In this document: positions 8,370 through 17,437 of the stretch, in pieces
Layout: each line of letters opens with the position of its first letter
How positions within the stretch are numbered: the first letter of the stretch is position 1
Assembly (NCBI GenBank): GCA_964640155.1
Contig: CAZXEQ010000003.1
Span: 134,189 to 166,188 of the forward strand
Direction: 5' to 3'
Length of the DNA: 32,000 nucleotides
Source of the DNA: an uncultured bacterium
Lineage (GTDB): Bacteria > Auribacterota > JACPWU01
The notes under the pieces: model-generated
Seen by the model: only the letters and a program-made list of their open reading frames with translations
What the model was told of the DNA's origin: nothing
The model's database searches: none
Translations under genes and position numbers: made by a program

Positions 8370-8488
8370 AATAGGTGTATTGGTGATTTTGTTGTTATGG
8401 AGTATATTTAAAAGAAGGAGGGATTAGTTTTTTTAGTTCTCATTTTATGTATAAGCCAGATAGGGTATAATCTGTGCAGGAGAGCCCT

Positions 8489-8608
8489 ATGAATCTGAAT
8501 CAGAAGCCTAAGATCAGGAGGCAATCAGTAAGCATCTTCCAATCCTCTCTATTACCTCAGGGGACTTCCTCATTTCTTTCCCTTAAAACTAAGGAGACTG
8601 GTCTATGA
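8489..8608 (+). CDS. Possible 39-codon upstream ORF translationally coupled to the eRF1-like gene
   Basis: ATG 8489 is preceded by aggagag 4 nt upstream and by a TATAAT hexamer at 8466-8471. The product reads MNLNQKPKIRRQSVSIFQSSLLPQGTSSFLSLKTKETGL. Its TGA overlaps the ATG of the next ORF (ATGA at 8605-8608). No recognisable family. Confidence 0.25.
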   Translation: MNLNQKPKIRRQSVSIFQSSLLPQGTSSFLSLKTKETGL

Positions 8609-9735
8609 TTAACTTCCAAGAAGTTGAAGCTCTTATCAATCTTCAGAGTTCGCAAGAAACATTGTTGAGCCTTTATATAGGAGTTACAAGCAACGATTAC
8701 AATCGACACGATTGTGAAATCATTTTGAAAAGTTTGATCAAAGAGAAACAAAAAGATTTAGAAAGATTAAATAAGGAGGAAAGAAGGTCTGTTGAAAATG
8801 ATTTTGAGAAAATGCAATCCTTTCTCAAAAATGAATTTGATTGGAGAGGCAAAAAGGGATTGGCTATTTTTGCATCAGCTGCTGCTAACTTTTGGCAAAT
8901 ATATGCTTTGCCTCAGCAGGTTGGTAATATTTTAATTTTGGATCGCTCAGCATATCTTAGACCTCTTTTAGGCCTTTTTGATGAATATCGAAGATTGGGT
9001 GTTGTGTTGATTGATAAAAGTAAGGCCAGAATTTTTGAAGTTTTCTTGGGTGAAATTGAAGAACATGCTGAAGTTGAAGGAGGTGTTTCAAGGCGAGTAA
9101 AAGTGGGCGGCTGGAAAGGGGTTGAAGAAAGTCGCATTCAGCGACATCAAAATGAAGAATTACATCGGCATTACAAACGAGTGTCAGATGTTTTAAAAGA
9201 GTCTTTTGATGCGCATCATTGCGAAGAATTGGTTGTGGGAGGGCATCAGAATGAATTCTCAGAATTTGAGCAAGAGTTACATTCTTCATTAAAAGATAAG
9301 ATAATTGGACATTTCGAATCAGATCTTCATGTGACTCCAGAGGATGTTTTAAAGACGGTGTTGACTCTTCAACAGGAAAAGCACTCTATAAAAGAAGATG
9401 TTTTGCTGAATCAGCTATTGGAAATGACAGGACAGAGAATGGCTGTTACCGGTATCTTGGGAACATTAACTGCTTTTCGCAAGGGGCAAATTCATAGTTT
9501 GGTAGTGGGTAAAGAATATAGTATTTCTGGAAAAAAATGTTCAAAATGCGGATATCTTGATCAGAAAGAAAAAGAATGTCCTATTTGTCAGATTCCTTTA
9601 AATAATATTCCAGACTTAATTGATGACTTAATTGAGACTACAATGGATGGAGGATGTAAAGTTGAGTATATTTTGGGCAATGGGCGAATGCATGAATGGG
9701 GAGGTGTTGGAGCTTTTTTAAGGTATAAGTATTAG
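8605..9735 (+). CDS. Bacterial eRF1/Pelota-superfamily (baeRF-like) protein with GGW loop and inserted zinc ribbon
   Basis: 376 aa. VKVGGWKGVEESRIQRHQNEELHRHYKRV aligns by eye with the eRF1 GGQ loop region (RGGQSALRFARLR..KRHNYVRKV). The C-terminal WGGVGAFLRY resembles eRF1/Pelota GGIGGILRY. CSKCGY..(9)..CPICQ is a zinc ribbon inserted in the C-domain. Confidence 0.7.
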   Translation: MINFQEVEALINLQSSQETLLSLYIGVTSNDYNRHDCEIILKSLIKEKQKDLERLNKEERRSVENDFEKMQSFLKNEFDWRGKKGLAIFASAAANFWQIYALPQQVGNILILDRSAYLRPLLGLFDEYRRLGVVLIDKSKARIFEVFLGEIEEHAEVEGGVSRRVKVGGWKGVEESRIQRHQNEELHRHYKRVSDVLKESFDAHHCEELVVGGHQNEFSEFEQELHSSLKDKIIGHFESDLHVTPEDVLKTVLTLQQEKHSIKEDVLLNQLLEMTGQRMAVTGILGTLTAFRKGQIHSLVVGKEYSISGKKCSKCGYLDQKEKECPICQIPLNNIPDLIDDLIETTMDGGCKVEYILGNGRMHEWGGVGAFLRYKY

Positions 9736-9845
9736 AATATGGTTGACACTAATAAATATCGGGCCTCCTTACAATTCCCACCCGAACTTGTCGCAACGCA
9801 TAAAGAATTATGGCAGGTGAGATTGAGGAAGTTTAAAAAGAAGAT

Positions 9846-9929
9846 TGGGCAAGGTGGGAATTGAACCCACATGAGGTTGCCCCCATAGGTTTTTGAGACC
9901 TACGCGTCTGCCGATTCCGCCACTTGCCC
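9846..9929 (-). tRNA. tRNA-Leu, anticodon CAA
   Basis: The reverse complement folds as a cloverleaf: acceptor GGGCAAG/CTTGCCC, anticodon stem TAGGT/ACCTA with loop CTCAAAA, a 15-nt variable arm (class II), T-arm GTGGG-TTCAATT-CCCAC and discriminator A. CCA is not encoded. Confidence 0.95.
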
Positions 9930-10182
9930 ATTTTCTCTGAACGAAGTGAAGCTAGAAAATGGAGCATCCCGATTTTACGTTGGGATGACCTATCTTTCTA
10001 TTCGCCTACTATCGCTAGAGCCAAATTCTAAGATAAAGTTTCTTTTGCTAAAGCAGGGAGACACTATATCAGCTTTATTTCATCTTTGTCTAGAAGGCGT
10101 TAAAATTTTTTTTTATAAACTCTTTCACTATAAATTTCCTCATGGTATTCTCTGTTCCGAAAAGGTGAAATACTCACAAAAA

Positions 10183-12381
10183 ATGTCAAACGTTATGCAT
10201 CAAACTCTAGAAGATTTACTCAAAGATTTAAATCCAGCGCAGAGCCAAGCAGCTCAGCATATTGAGGGTCCGCTTCTTATTCTTGCAGGTGCAGGTAGTG
10301 GAAAGACACGAGTCATTACGTATCGTATTGCTTATTTGCTGGGGATGGGGATTGACCCAGAACGAATTCTTGCTGTGACTTTTACGAATAAGGCAGCAGA
10401 AGAAATGATTACTCGAGTTAGAAAGCTTTCTGAACGTTCTCCTCTGATACGTCCTGAATTGGCGAATAGAATCTGGATTGGGACATTTCATTCCATTTGT
10501 GTCAGGATTTTAAGACGCTGTATAGAAAAACTGAATTATCGAAGTAATTTTGTGATTTATGATGCTCAGGATCAATTGCATGTGGTTAAAGAAGCCTTAA
10601 AAAAATTAAATTTGAGTGAAAAAGAATTTCGGCCTGAAGGGATACGTGAAAGAATTAGCTCTGCAAAAAATGAGCTTGTTAGTCCTGAAGAGTTTTCTCA
10701 ACAAATCGGTAGTTTTTATGAACAAAAAGTCTCAGAAGTTTATTCTCTTTATCAAAAGACTCTTAAGGCTAACAATGCTTTAGATTTTGATGATTTGATC
10801 CTGAAGACAGTCGAAATTTTTGCTCATCATCAAGATGTTTTAAGGTTTTATCAAGATCGCTTTCAATATGTCATGATTGATGAATATCAGGACACCAATC
10901 ATGCTCAATACCGTCTTGTAAATTTACTGGCGGGATTGCATCGTAATCTTTGTGTGGTGGGAGATCCCGATCAATCTATTTATCGATGGAGGGGAGCAGA
11001 TTTTACAAATCTTTTGAGGTTTGAAGATGATTATCCCAATTGTAAAGAAGTGGTGTTGGATCAGAATTATCGTTCAACTCAGAATATTTTGAATGCTGCA
11101 AATCAGGTGATTCGATTTAATAAAACTCGAAAAGAAAAAAATCTTTGGACCGATAAAGAGGGTGGATCCAAACTTTCTTATTTCTGTGGTGCCAATGAAC
11201 ATGAAGAAGTTGATTTTGTGATTAATCATATTGAACGTTTAAAACGTGGTGGCCAAATAAGATATCAAGATATGGTCGTATTTTACCGTACACATGCCCA
11301 GTCTCGTGTTTTTGAAGATGGACTTAGACGAGCAGGGATTCCATATCAAATTATTGGCGGTGTGAGTTTTTATCAAAGAAAAGAAATTAAAGACATTGTG
11401 GCTTATTTACGATTGATAGAGGGGATGGGGGATTCGGTGAGTTTTAAAAGAGTGGTCAATGTTCCACAACGTGGGATCGGTGAAGCCTCCCTTGAAAAAA
11501 TAGAACAGTGGGCATCGATGAGGGGGATGAATCTTTTAGCGGTAGCTCGTTCAAGCCATGAAATCGAGGGATTAAGTCCAAGAGTGAAGCAAGCTTTGGA
11601 AAATTTTGTAAACATTGTAGATGATTTAAGGCAGGTCAAAGATTCTGTGAAAATTTCTGATCTTGTCACTCAATTGGTTGAGCGGGTAGGTTATTTTGAT
11701 GAATTAAAGAAAACGGATAAGACTATGTCTGAAGCCCGAATTGAAAATGTGAAGGAATTTGTATCTTTTGCTGAGGAATATACGATTGATACAGATAGTC
11801 CTTCTTTAAGGGAGTTTTTGGAAGGAATTAGCCTTGTAGCCAGCGTGGATCAATGGGAAGAGACAACAGACAAATTAACATTGATGACTGTTCATTCGGC
11901 CAAAGGATTAGAGTTTTCCGTTGTATTTATTGTCGGTCTGGAAGACGGAATATTTCCTCATGGGAATTCTTCGCATGAAGAGGATGGTTTAGAGGAAGAA
12001 AGAAGACTTTTTTATGTAGGTATGACTCGGGCAAAAGAGAATCTTTTTCTTTCGTCGGTTAACAGTCGACTTATTTATGGTCGTCGTTCTATGTCAGCGC
12101 CGTCTCGATTTTTGGATGAGGTCCCAAGAGAGCTTGTGGAGTCTGTGGGTCTTTATGGCCATGAATTTGTATCTGACAATGATTTTGAAGGAGAATCTGA
12201 AGAAAAGAGAGTCGTTTTTTGTTATGAGGTTGGTCAAAAAGTTCTTCATTCTATTTTTGGTGTGGGTGAAATTTTAGAAATTGATGGAGAGGAAGACGAA
12301 ACAAAAGTCAGAGTTTTTTTTGAAAAACATGCTTCTCCCAAATGGCTTGTTGCTAAATTTGCAAGGTTGACACCGCTTTAG
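10183..12381 (+). CDS. pcrA: ATP-dependent DNA helicase, UvrD/PcrA family (SF1A)
   Basis: From ATG 10183 the product reads MSNVMHQTLEDLLKDLNPAQSQAAQHIEGPLLILAGAGSGKTRV (Walker A). Also present: DEYQDTN, VGDPDQSIYRWRGA, QNYRST, TVHSAKGLEF, YVGMTRAK. The tracked start at 9946 adds 79 non-helicase residues and abuts the tRNA. Confidence 0.93.
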   Translation: MSNVMHQTLEDLLKDLNPAQSQAAQHIEGPLLILAGAGSGKTRVITYRIAYLLGMGIDPERILAVTFTNKAAEEMITRVRKLSERSPLIRPELANRIWIGTFHSICVRILRRCIEKLNYRSNFVIYDAQDQLHVVKEALKKLNLSEKEFRPEGIRERISSAKNELVSPEEFSQQIGSFYEQKVSEVYSLYQKTLKANNALDFDDLILKTVEIFAHHQDVLRFYQDRFQYVMIDEYQDTNHAQYRLVNLLAGLHRNLCVVGDPDQSIYRWRGADFTNLLRFEDDYPNCKEVVLDQNYRSTQNILNAANQVIRFNKTRKEKNLWTDKEGGSKLSYFCGANEHEEVDFVINHIERLKRGGQIRYQDMVVFYRTHAQSRVFEDGLRRAGIPYQIIGGVSFYQRKEIKDIVAYLRLIEGMGDSVSFKRVVNVPQRGIGEASLEKIEQWASMRGMNLLAVARSSHEIEGLSPRVKQALENFVNIVDDLRQVKDSVKISDLVTQLVERVGYFDELKKTDKTMSEARIENVKEFVSFAEEYTIDTDSPSLREFLEGISLVASVDQWEETTDKLTLMTVHSAKGLEFSVVFIVGLEDGIFPHGNSSHEEDGLEEERRLFYVGMTRAKENLFLSSVNSRLIYGRRSMSAPSRFLDEVPRELVESVGLYGHEFVSDNDFEGESEEKRVVFCYEVGQKVLHSIFGVGEILEIDGEEDETKVRVFFEKHASPKWLVAKFARLTPL

Positions 12382-12390
12382 AAGCTATAA

Positions 12391-12424
12391 TTCGTATCCC
12401 CTAACGGGGACTAAAAAAGCTTGT
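12391..12424 (+). repeat. Copy B of the short post-stop repeat module (TTCGTATCCCC ... AAAAGCTTGT)
   Basis: TTCGTATCCCC at 12391-12401 and AAAAGCTTGT at 12415-12424, starting 10 nt after the pcrA stop. Matches copy A after fixX. Confidence 0.6.
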
Positions 12425-12450
12425 CTCGTATTTCGTGAGAAACTCTTTTT
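12413..12450 (+). terminator. Probable intrinsic terminator after pcrA
   Basis: AAAAAAGCTTGTCTC pairs imperfectly with GAGAAACTCTTTTT across a 9-nt loop and ends in a T5 run. Confidence 0.45.
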
Positions 12451-12616
12451 ATGAAATCGTGTAATGCGCTATTCTAAAAATTTCTTCCTTAATCTGATTG
12501 CTTAAAAATTTAAATAATTTCGGTTAGCATTTTGGGAAGTTTATTGATACACTACAGGACCATTATCGATTGAGTAAATTTTATTTTTGTTATCTATTAA
12601 AATAGGAAGGAAAATT

Positions 12617-13618
12617 ATGAAGATATTTGAAAATTCTTGGGTAAGAGTAATTCCTGCACTAGCGCTTTTTATTTCTTTTTGCTCATTGTGTCGGGCGACG
12701 GAAGAAAAAGGAACAGTAGATGTAAGACCATCAAGCTATCAATTTAAAGAAGAGCTTCCTCATGGAACTACAGATGAATATAAGGCTCATGCTAAGGAGT
12801 TTGAATGGTGGCCCACAGATTCTAAGCCAGGCCCTTATAAGGATCCTGAAAGAAGGGGATATTGGTGGTGGCCGGAAGTTCCTGGTCAAGTCCGTCCTTG
12901 GGGAAATCAGGGATATATTTACGTTTTAAAAATTATTTATGATTACAAAAGTTCAGAAGGTGAAATGAAGCCTTCTTTAATTATTAAAAAGATTATTAAG
13001 AATGTGAAAGTTTATTTCGATTATGATTTGTATGGTTTGCGTGATGATGCAGTGAAGGCTTTAGACAGCGCTCTGTATACTCTAGATCGAAATCCAAAAG
13101 CGGATATCTTGGTAACAGGAAACACAGATCAAAGAGGGTCAGAACAGTATAATCAAAAATTAGGTGAAAGACGAGCACAGGCGGTTAGAGAGTATCTTCT
13201 TTCTAAAGGTTTGCCAGAAGCACGTATTCGTATTTTAAGTCATGGTAAATTAAATGCTTTAGCTCCTACGAATGACATTGTGGGTATGCAAAAGGATCGC
13301 AATGCTCAATTCATGATTGCTGAAGTTGAAGAAGTCATGATTCCTGCATCTCAAGGACATCTTTTTGAGAAAAAAGAAAAAGAGGAAAATAAGGTTATCG
13401 AGGAGAAAAAGACCTTTGAGGGAGAAATCCGAGTTAAGTTTAAGGATTATATTATTCAGCCAGGCGATACGTTGTGGAAAATTGCCGAGCGTGAATTTGG
13501 TAATGGTCGTCAGTGGAAGAGAGTCTATGATTTTAATAAAGAGGTGATTGCTGATCCTAATAAGCCTCGAAAAGGAACAAGGATTCGTATTCCATTAGAG
13601 CAGCATGTCAAAGAATAG
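12617..13618 (+). CDS. Exported OmpA-family peptidoglycan-binding protein with C-terminal LysM domain
   Basis: ATG 12617 follows RBS aggaagg. Signal peptide MKIFENSWVRVIPALALFISFCSLCRA. OmpA_C-like core is VYFDYDLYGLRDDA..LVTGNTDQRGSEQYNQKLGERRAQAVREYL. LysM is YIIQPGDTLWKIAEREFGNGRQWKRVYDFN. Confidence 0.88.
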   Translation: MKIFENSWVRVIPALALFISFCSLCRATEEKGTVDVRPSSYQFKEELPHGTTDEYKAHAKEFEWWPTDSKPGPYKDPERRGYWWWPEVPGQVRPWGNQGYIYVLKIIYDYKSSEGEMKPSLIIKKIIKNVKVYFDYDLYGLRDDAVKALDSALYTLDRNPKADILVTGNTDQRGSEQYNQKLGERRAQAVREYLLSKGLPEARIRILSHGKLNALAPTNDIVGMQKDRNAQFMIAEVEEVMIPASQGHLFEKKEKEENKVIEEKKTFEGEIRVKFKDYIIQPGDTLWKIAEREFGNGRQWKRVYDFNKEVIADPNKPRKGTRIRIPLEQHVKE

Positions 13619-13642
13619 TTTTTGATGAGTTGGAAGATTTTG

Positions 13643-13673
13643 AAAAGGGAGTGAGTTTTTCTCACTCCCTTTT
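13643..13673. terminator. Bidirectional intrinsic terminator between the OmpA-LysM gene (+) and cysA (-)
   Basis: AAAAGGGAGTGAG - TTTTT - CTCACTCCCTTTT is a perfect 13-bp stem with A/T runs on both sides. Confidence 0.85.
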
Positions 13674-13696
13674 TTCTTATATGATTTTTATGTTAT

Positions 13697-14740
13697 TTAA
13701 GATTTTTGACCAAATACATGGGCAGAAGTGATATTCACAAAAACTCTTTTCCCAACTTTAAAATCACTTTGAAGAGCCACTCCTTTAGGGACATGGGCAA
13801 TAACAAAATAAGTTCCCTGTAAAATAATTTTAAGTTCTTCAAGTGCTCCAAAAAAGCGTGTAGTTTGAATAATGCCTGGAAATTCTCCTGCTTCCTGTTT
13901 AGAGGAGACATATACATCAATAGGGCGAAAAAGAACACAAGCTTTTGTTCCGTTGGAAAGGTGGGATGGTGCTGGAAATTTAAAAGGACCCCATTCCACA
14001 TTCCCTTGATTTACCATTCCATCTACACGATTTGTTTCTCCTACAAATGAAGCCACAAATTCTGTGGCAGGTTGATTAAAAATAGTTTTGGGAGCAGCAT
14101 CTTGTTCAATTTCACCATTGTTGACCACAATAATGCGATCAGACACTTCAAAGGCTTCATCTTGATCATGGGTGACAAGAAGTGTTGTGAGCCCAATATG
14201 GTCATGGAGTTTTCTGAGCCATGCTCGAAGTCCTTTACGAAGTCTTGCGTCTAATGCTCCAAAGGGTTCATCCAAAAGCAAAAGTTTAGGTTCGGGTGCT
14301 AGGGCGCGTGCTAATGCAACTCTTTGGCGCTGTCCGCCTGAGAGTTGAAAGGGCATTCTCTTTTCACAACCTTTAAGCCCTACAAGATTAAGGAGTTGTT
14401 TTGCTTTCTGATAACGTTCGCTTTTATTTTTCCCACGTACACGAAGTCCAAAAGAAATATTGTCTATCACATTCATGTGTTTGAATAAAGCATAGTGTTG
14501 AAATACAAAACCCACTCTTCGATCTTGTACAGAAACATGCGTAACGTCTTCATCATTGATGACAATTTTGCCTGAGTCTGGAATTTCAAGGCCCGCCAAA
14601 CACCTTAGAATTGTAGATTTTCCAGAGCCTGAAGGCCCAAGTAAAGTTACAAAAGATCCATCTTCCACATGAAATGAAACATCTTTGACAGCCATAAAAC
14701 CATTAAAACTTTTCTTTAATTTGCCTACGAGAATACTCAT
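13697..14740 (-). CDS. cysA: Sulfate/thiosulfate ABC transporter ATP-binding protein
   Basis: Walker A GPSGSGKST, signature LSGGQRQR, Walker B LLLLDEPF, and a CysA-type C-terminal regulatory domain. I place the start at 14740 (MSILVGKLKKSF), which forms an ATGA overlap with the cysW stop. The tracked start is 14761. Confidence 0.92.
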   Translation of the reverse strand: MSILVGKLKKSFNGFMAVKDVSFHVEDGSFVTLLGPSGSGKSTILRCLAGLEIPDSGKIVINDEDVTHVSVQDRRVGFVFQHYALFKHMNVIDNISFGLRVRGKNKSERYQKAKQLLNLVGLKGCEKRMPFQLSGGQRQRVALARALAPEPKLLLLDEPFGALDARLRKGLRAWLRKLHDHIGLTTLLVTHDQDEAFEVSDRIIVVNNGEIEQDAAPKTIFNQPATEFVASFVGETNRVDGMVNQGNVEWGPFKFPAPSHLSNGTKACVLFRPIDVYVSSKQEAGEFPGIIQTTRFFGALEELKIILQGTYFVIAHVPKGVALQSDFKVGKRVFVNITSAHVFGQKS

Positions 14741-15546
14741 CCCCGCCATCTCCTTTCCCAAAGTGCCAAGAGACCTTTGCCTGCAATCGATAAAAAAATT
14801 AGCATTGCTGCACCTGCATAAGCTGCATCCATTTGAAAATCAATATAGCTATCATAAATATAAATAGGCATGGTTTGTGTTACTCCTAGAATATTGCCAG
14901 AGATAATAAGAATGGCTCCAAATTCACCTAGGGCACGTGCATAAGAAAGAGAAATCCCATGAAGGATTCCTACTTTTAAAGAGGGGAGAGTGACCCATAT
15001 CAAAGTTTGCCAACTAGAAGCTCCCAGAGTATGAGATGCCTCATCGAGTTCTGTTCCCATTTCTTCCAAAAGAGGAACAATTTCCCTTACAATAAAAGGT
15101 AAAGTCACAAAAACGGTTGCTAAAACCATGCCTGGCAGTGCAAAAATAATTTTAATTCCCATGGGATCCAATAACGGGCCTAAAAGCCCTCGAGGTCCAT
15201 AAGTAGAAATGAGTGCAAATGCTCCTATGGCTGCAGGAGCTGCAAAGGGCATATCCACAAGACCATCCAGAAATTTTCTTCCAGGAAATTTATCTCGAAC
15301 TAGAACAAGAGCTGTAATGATTCCAAGAGGAATCGTAATTAAAAGAGAAATACCAACGACAATGCCTGTGTTAGTCAAAGCTGCAAGAGCATACTCTGCT
15401 GTAACGGACAGACGAAAGATTTTCCATCCAGGGGCAAAAGCTTGCCAGATAAGATAAATATTAGGAATAACCAAGAGAAGAGAGAGGTAGAGAATCGTTG
15501 TAGAAATAAGCGAAAATCGTCCCAATAAATTTAAAAAACGTTTCAT
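14737..15546 (-). CDS. cysW: Sulfate ABC transporter permease
   Basis: Six-TM MetI-like permease with an EAA-type loop (EEMGTELDEASHTLGASSWQTLIWVTLP). The start at 15546 (MKRF...) gives an ATGA overlap with the cysT stop. The tracked start is 15594. Confidence 0.88.
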   Translation of the reverse strand: MKRFLNLLGRFSLISTTILYLSLLLVIPNIYLIWQAFAPGWKIFRLSVTAEYALAALTNTGIVVGISLLITIPLGIITALVLVRDKFPGRKFLDGLVDMPFAAPAAIGAFALISTYGPRGLLGPLLDPMGIKIIFALPGMVLATVFVTLPFIVREIVPLLEEMGTELDEASHTLGASSWQTLIWVTLPSLKVGILHGISLSYARALGEFGAILIISGNILGVTQTMPIYIYDSYIDFQMDAAYAGAAMLIFLSIAGKGLLALWERRWRG

Positions 15547-16355
15547 AACTCTTGCTTCCTTTCGGAGCGCGTCTCTAAAAATTTTAAAGTCCATAGAAGA
15601 GTGTACGAAACAGCTAAAACAACAACGGAAGCAGCAGCACCTCCGCGAAAATCAAATTGTTCGAGTCTTGAAAAAATATAAGTGGATGCTACTTCTGTAT
15701 GAAAAGGTTCTGTTCCTGCAACAAAAACAACAGCGCCAAATTCTCCCAGACAGCGTGCAAAGGTGAGTACGGCTCCAGAGAGTATTCCTGGGCGTATCAC
15801 AGGTAAAATTACAGAAATAAATGTTCTCCATGGGCTAGCCCCCAATGTTAATGAAGCTTCTTCTTCAGCCGGGTCTAGCGCTTGCACAAGGGGTTGAACC
15901 GCACGAATGACAAAGGGAAGTGTGACGACCATGAAAGCAATATAAATCGAGGGTGTATTGTACAGAATATTGTATCCATGATCTTTTAGAAAAGCTCCGA
16001 TCGGTGATTTGGGGCCTAAAAGAGATGCCAGTGTTAGACCTATGACGGACGTAGGAATAGCAAAGGGGAGATCTACCAGAGAATCTAAAATCTTTCGGCC
16101 AGGAAAGCGAAATCGCACAAGGGCAAAGGCTACAATGGTTCCAAGAATAGCGTTTGCAATGGTAACAGTTCCTGCCGCTAAAAAAGTGACTTGAAAAGCA
16201 TGGATGGCTTGGTTATTGGTCAGCGCTTGCCAAAGTGCTTCTGGTCCGTCTTTAATCGCATGATAACCCACCATTAAAATGGGGATAAGCACGACAATGC
16301 TTAAATAAAATATAACAAGAGTGCGAATGGCAAGTTTTGTAACATACCTTGCCAT
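15543..16355 (-). CDS. cysT: Sulfate ABC transporter permease
   Basis: Permease with EAA loop DPAEEEASLTLGASPWRTFISVILP. I prefer the start at 16355 (MARYVTK), 14 nt after the sbp stop. The tracked start at 16409 would overlap sbp by 40 nt. Confidence 0.85.
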   Translation of the reverse strand: MARYVTKLAIRTLVIFYLSIVVLIPILMVGYHAIKDGPEALWQALTNNQAIHAFQVTFLAAGTVTIANAILGTIVAFALVRFRFPGRKILDSLVDLPFAIPTSVIGLTLASLLGPKSPIGAFLKDHGYNILYNTPSIYIAFMVVTLPFVIRAVQPLVQALDPAEEEASLTLGASPWRTFISVILPVIRPGILSGAVLTFARCLGEFGAVVFVAGTEPFHTEVASTYIFSRLEQFDFRGGAAASVVVLAVSYTLLWTLKFLETRSERKQEL

Positions 16356-16369
16356 TCGACTCTGTGATT

Positions 16370-17386
16370 CTATCTGTTTTTTCTCTCTGTTTGGACGATT
16401 TTGTCCCATAAACTCGCCTGATCAAACAATTCTTTTTGAACCTTGGGCCATCCTCCCAAAAATTCAATATCAAACACTTGTGATGGAATAGGATATTGAG
16501 ATTCATATTCCTTTGCAATATCTTTGTCCACTGAACGAAAACCCCATCCTAAAAGGATTTTTTGAGCTTCAGATGATTTCAAGAAGCTGATAAAGGCTTC
16601 AGCAATTTCTTTGACCTCATGTTTGTCGGCATAGGTATCGACAACTGCGGCAGCATTCTCAATATAAATAGTGCTAGCGGGAGTTACAAACTCAACTTGT
16701 TTGCCTTGTTTACGAAACAAATAAACTTCATTTTCATAAGTTAAGGCCACATCTCCAACCCCACGCTCAAAATCTTGCGTAGTTGCTCGACCGCTTTCAC
16801 CCAATGTAACTACATTGCGATAAAGTGTACGAAGTGCTTCTTCTGCTTGTATTTCTGTTCCCCCTTGCTTCAGAATAGAACCGTAAAGGGCTAGAATATT
16901 CCACCGGGCCGATCCTGAGGTTTGTGGGTTAGGGGTTAAAATTTTAACCCCATTTTTAAATAAATCAGGCCAATCCTTGATATTAAAAGGATTGCCTGGA
17001 TTAACACGGAAAACAACGATGGACTTAGAAACAATTCCGTTCGAGTCTTTGTTCCATTCGTGATTGATCAAACCTGCTTCTTGAATGCGGTTGACATCTG
17101 TCCAATCTGACAAATAAACTACATCGGCCTCAAGCCCAGAGAGGACATTTCGGGCTTGTGCGCTTGAGGCTCCCCAAGAGAATTGAAATTCTACTTCTTC
17201 TCCTGGATGTTCTTGGGCCCATTTTTTTGAAAAAGCAGGTGCTATTTCTTTTTGTACTGCTTCTCCTGGGACAGCAAATCCAACAATAAATAATTTATGT
17301 TTTTTAGGTTCGTCTTCTGCCTGTAGAACAATCACCGCAGAAATAAATACAAACGCAATACTTAAAAAAATCAATAAACGTTTCAT
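16370..17386 (-). CDS. sbp: Periplasmic sulfate/thiosulfate-binding protein
   Basis: 338 aa with signal peptide MKRLLIFLSIAFVFISAVIVLQA. Sbp/CysP-like mature region (FSWGASSAQARNV, NPQTSGSARWNILALYG). Lies upstream of cysTWA. Confidence 0.88.
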   Translation of the reverse strand: MKRLLIFLSIAFVFISAVIVLQAEDEPKKHKLFIVGFAVPGEAVQKEIAPAFSKKWAQEHPGEEVEFQFSWGASSAQARNVLSGLEADVVYLSDWTDVNRIQEAGLINHEWNKDSNGIVSKSIVVFRVNPGNPFNIKDWPDLFKNGVKILTPNPQTSGSARWNILALYGSILKQGGTEIQAEEALRTLYRNVVTLGESGRATTQDFERGVGDVALTYENEVYLFRKQGKQVEFVTPASTIYIENAAAVVDTYADKHEVKEIAEAFISFLKSSEAQKILLGWGFRSVDKDIAKEYESQYPIPSQVFDIEFLGGWPKVQKELFDQASLWDKIVQTERKNR

Positions 17387-17437
17387 TTTATGTTTCTCCT
17401 AGTTATTCACTAATTGATATCAAATAGATATTACTGG

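Noticed and set aside
8893-8908. TGGCAAATATATGCTT, a sigma-54-like sequence inside the eRF1-like coding region.
   Set aside because: The GG-to-GC spacing is one nt short of the consensus, and the site is intragenic.
9772-9782. An 11-nt CAATTCCCACC copy of the tRNA-Leu T-arm/3' segment, 64 nt from the tRNA gene, considered as a possible att-site remnant of an integrative element.
   Set aside because: It is only 11 nt and inverted relative to the tRNA, whereas att repeats are direct. There is no integrase or foreign-looking DNA nearby, and the flanking genes are housekeeping.
9946-10182. The 79-codon N-terminal extension of the helicase ORF in the track (MKLENGASRFYVG...).
   Set aside because: The extension has no helicase similarity and begins 17 nt from the tRNA-Leu gene. 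It would cover the likely promoter region. A normal PcrA/UvrD N-terminus begins at ATG 10183 with an aaggtga RBS-like element upstream.
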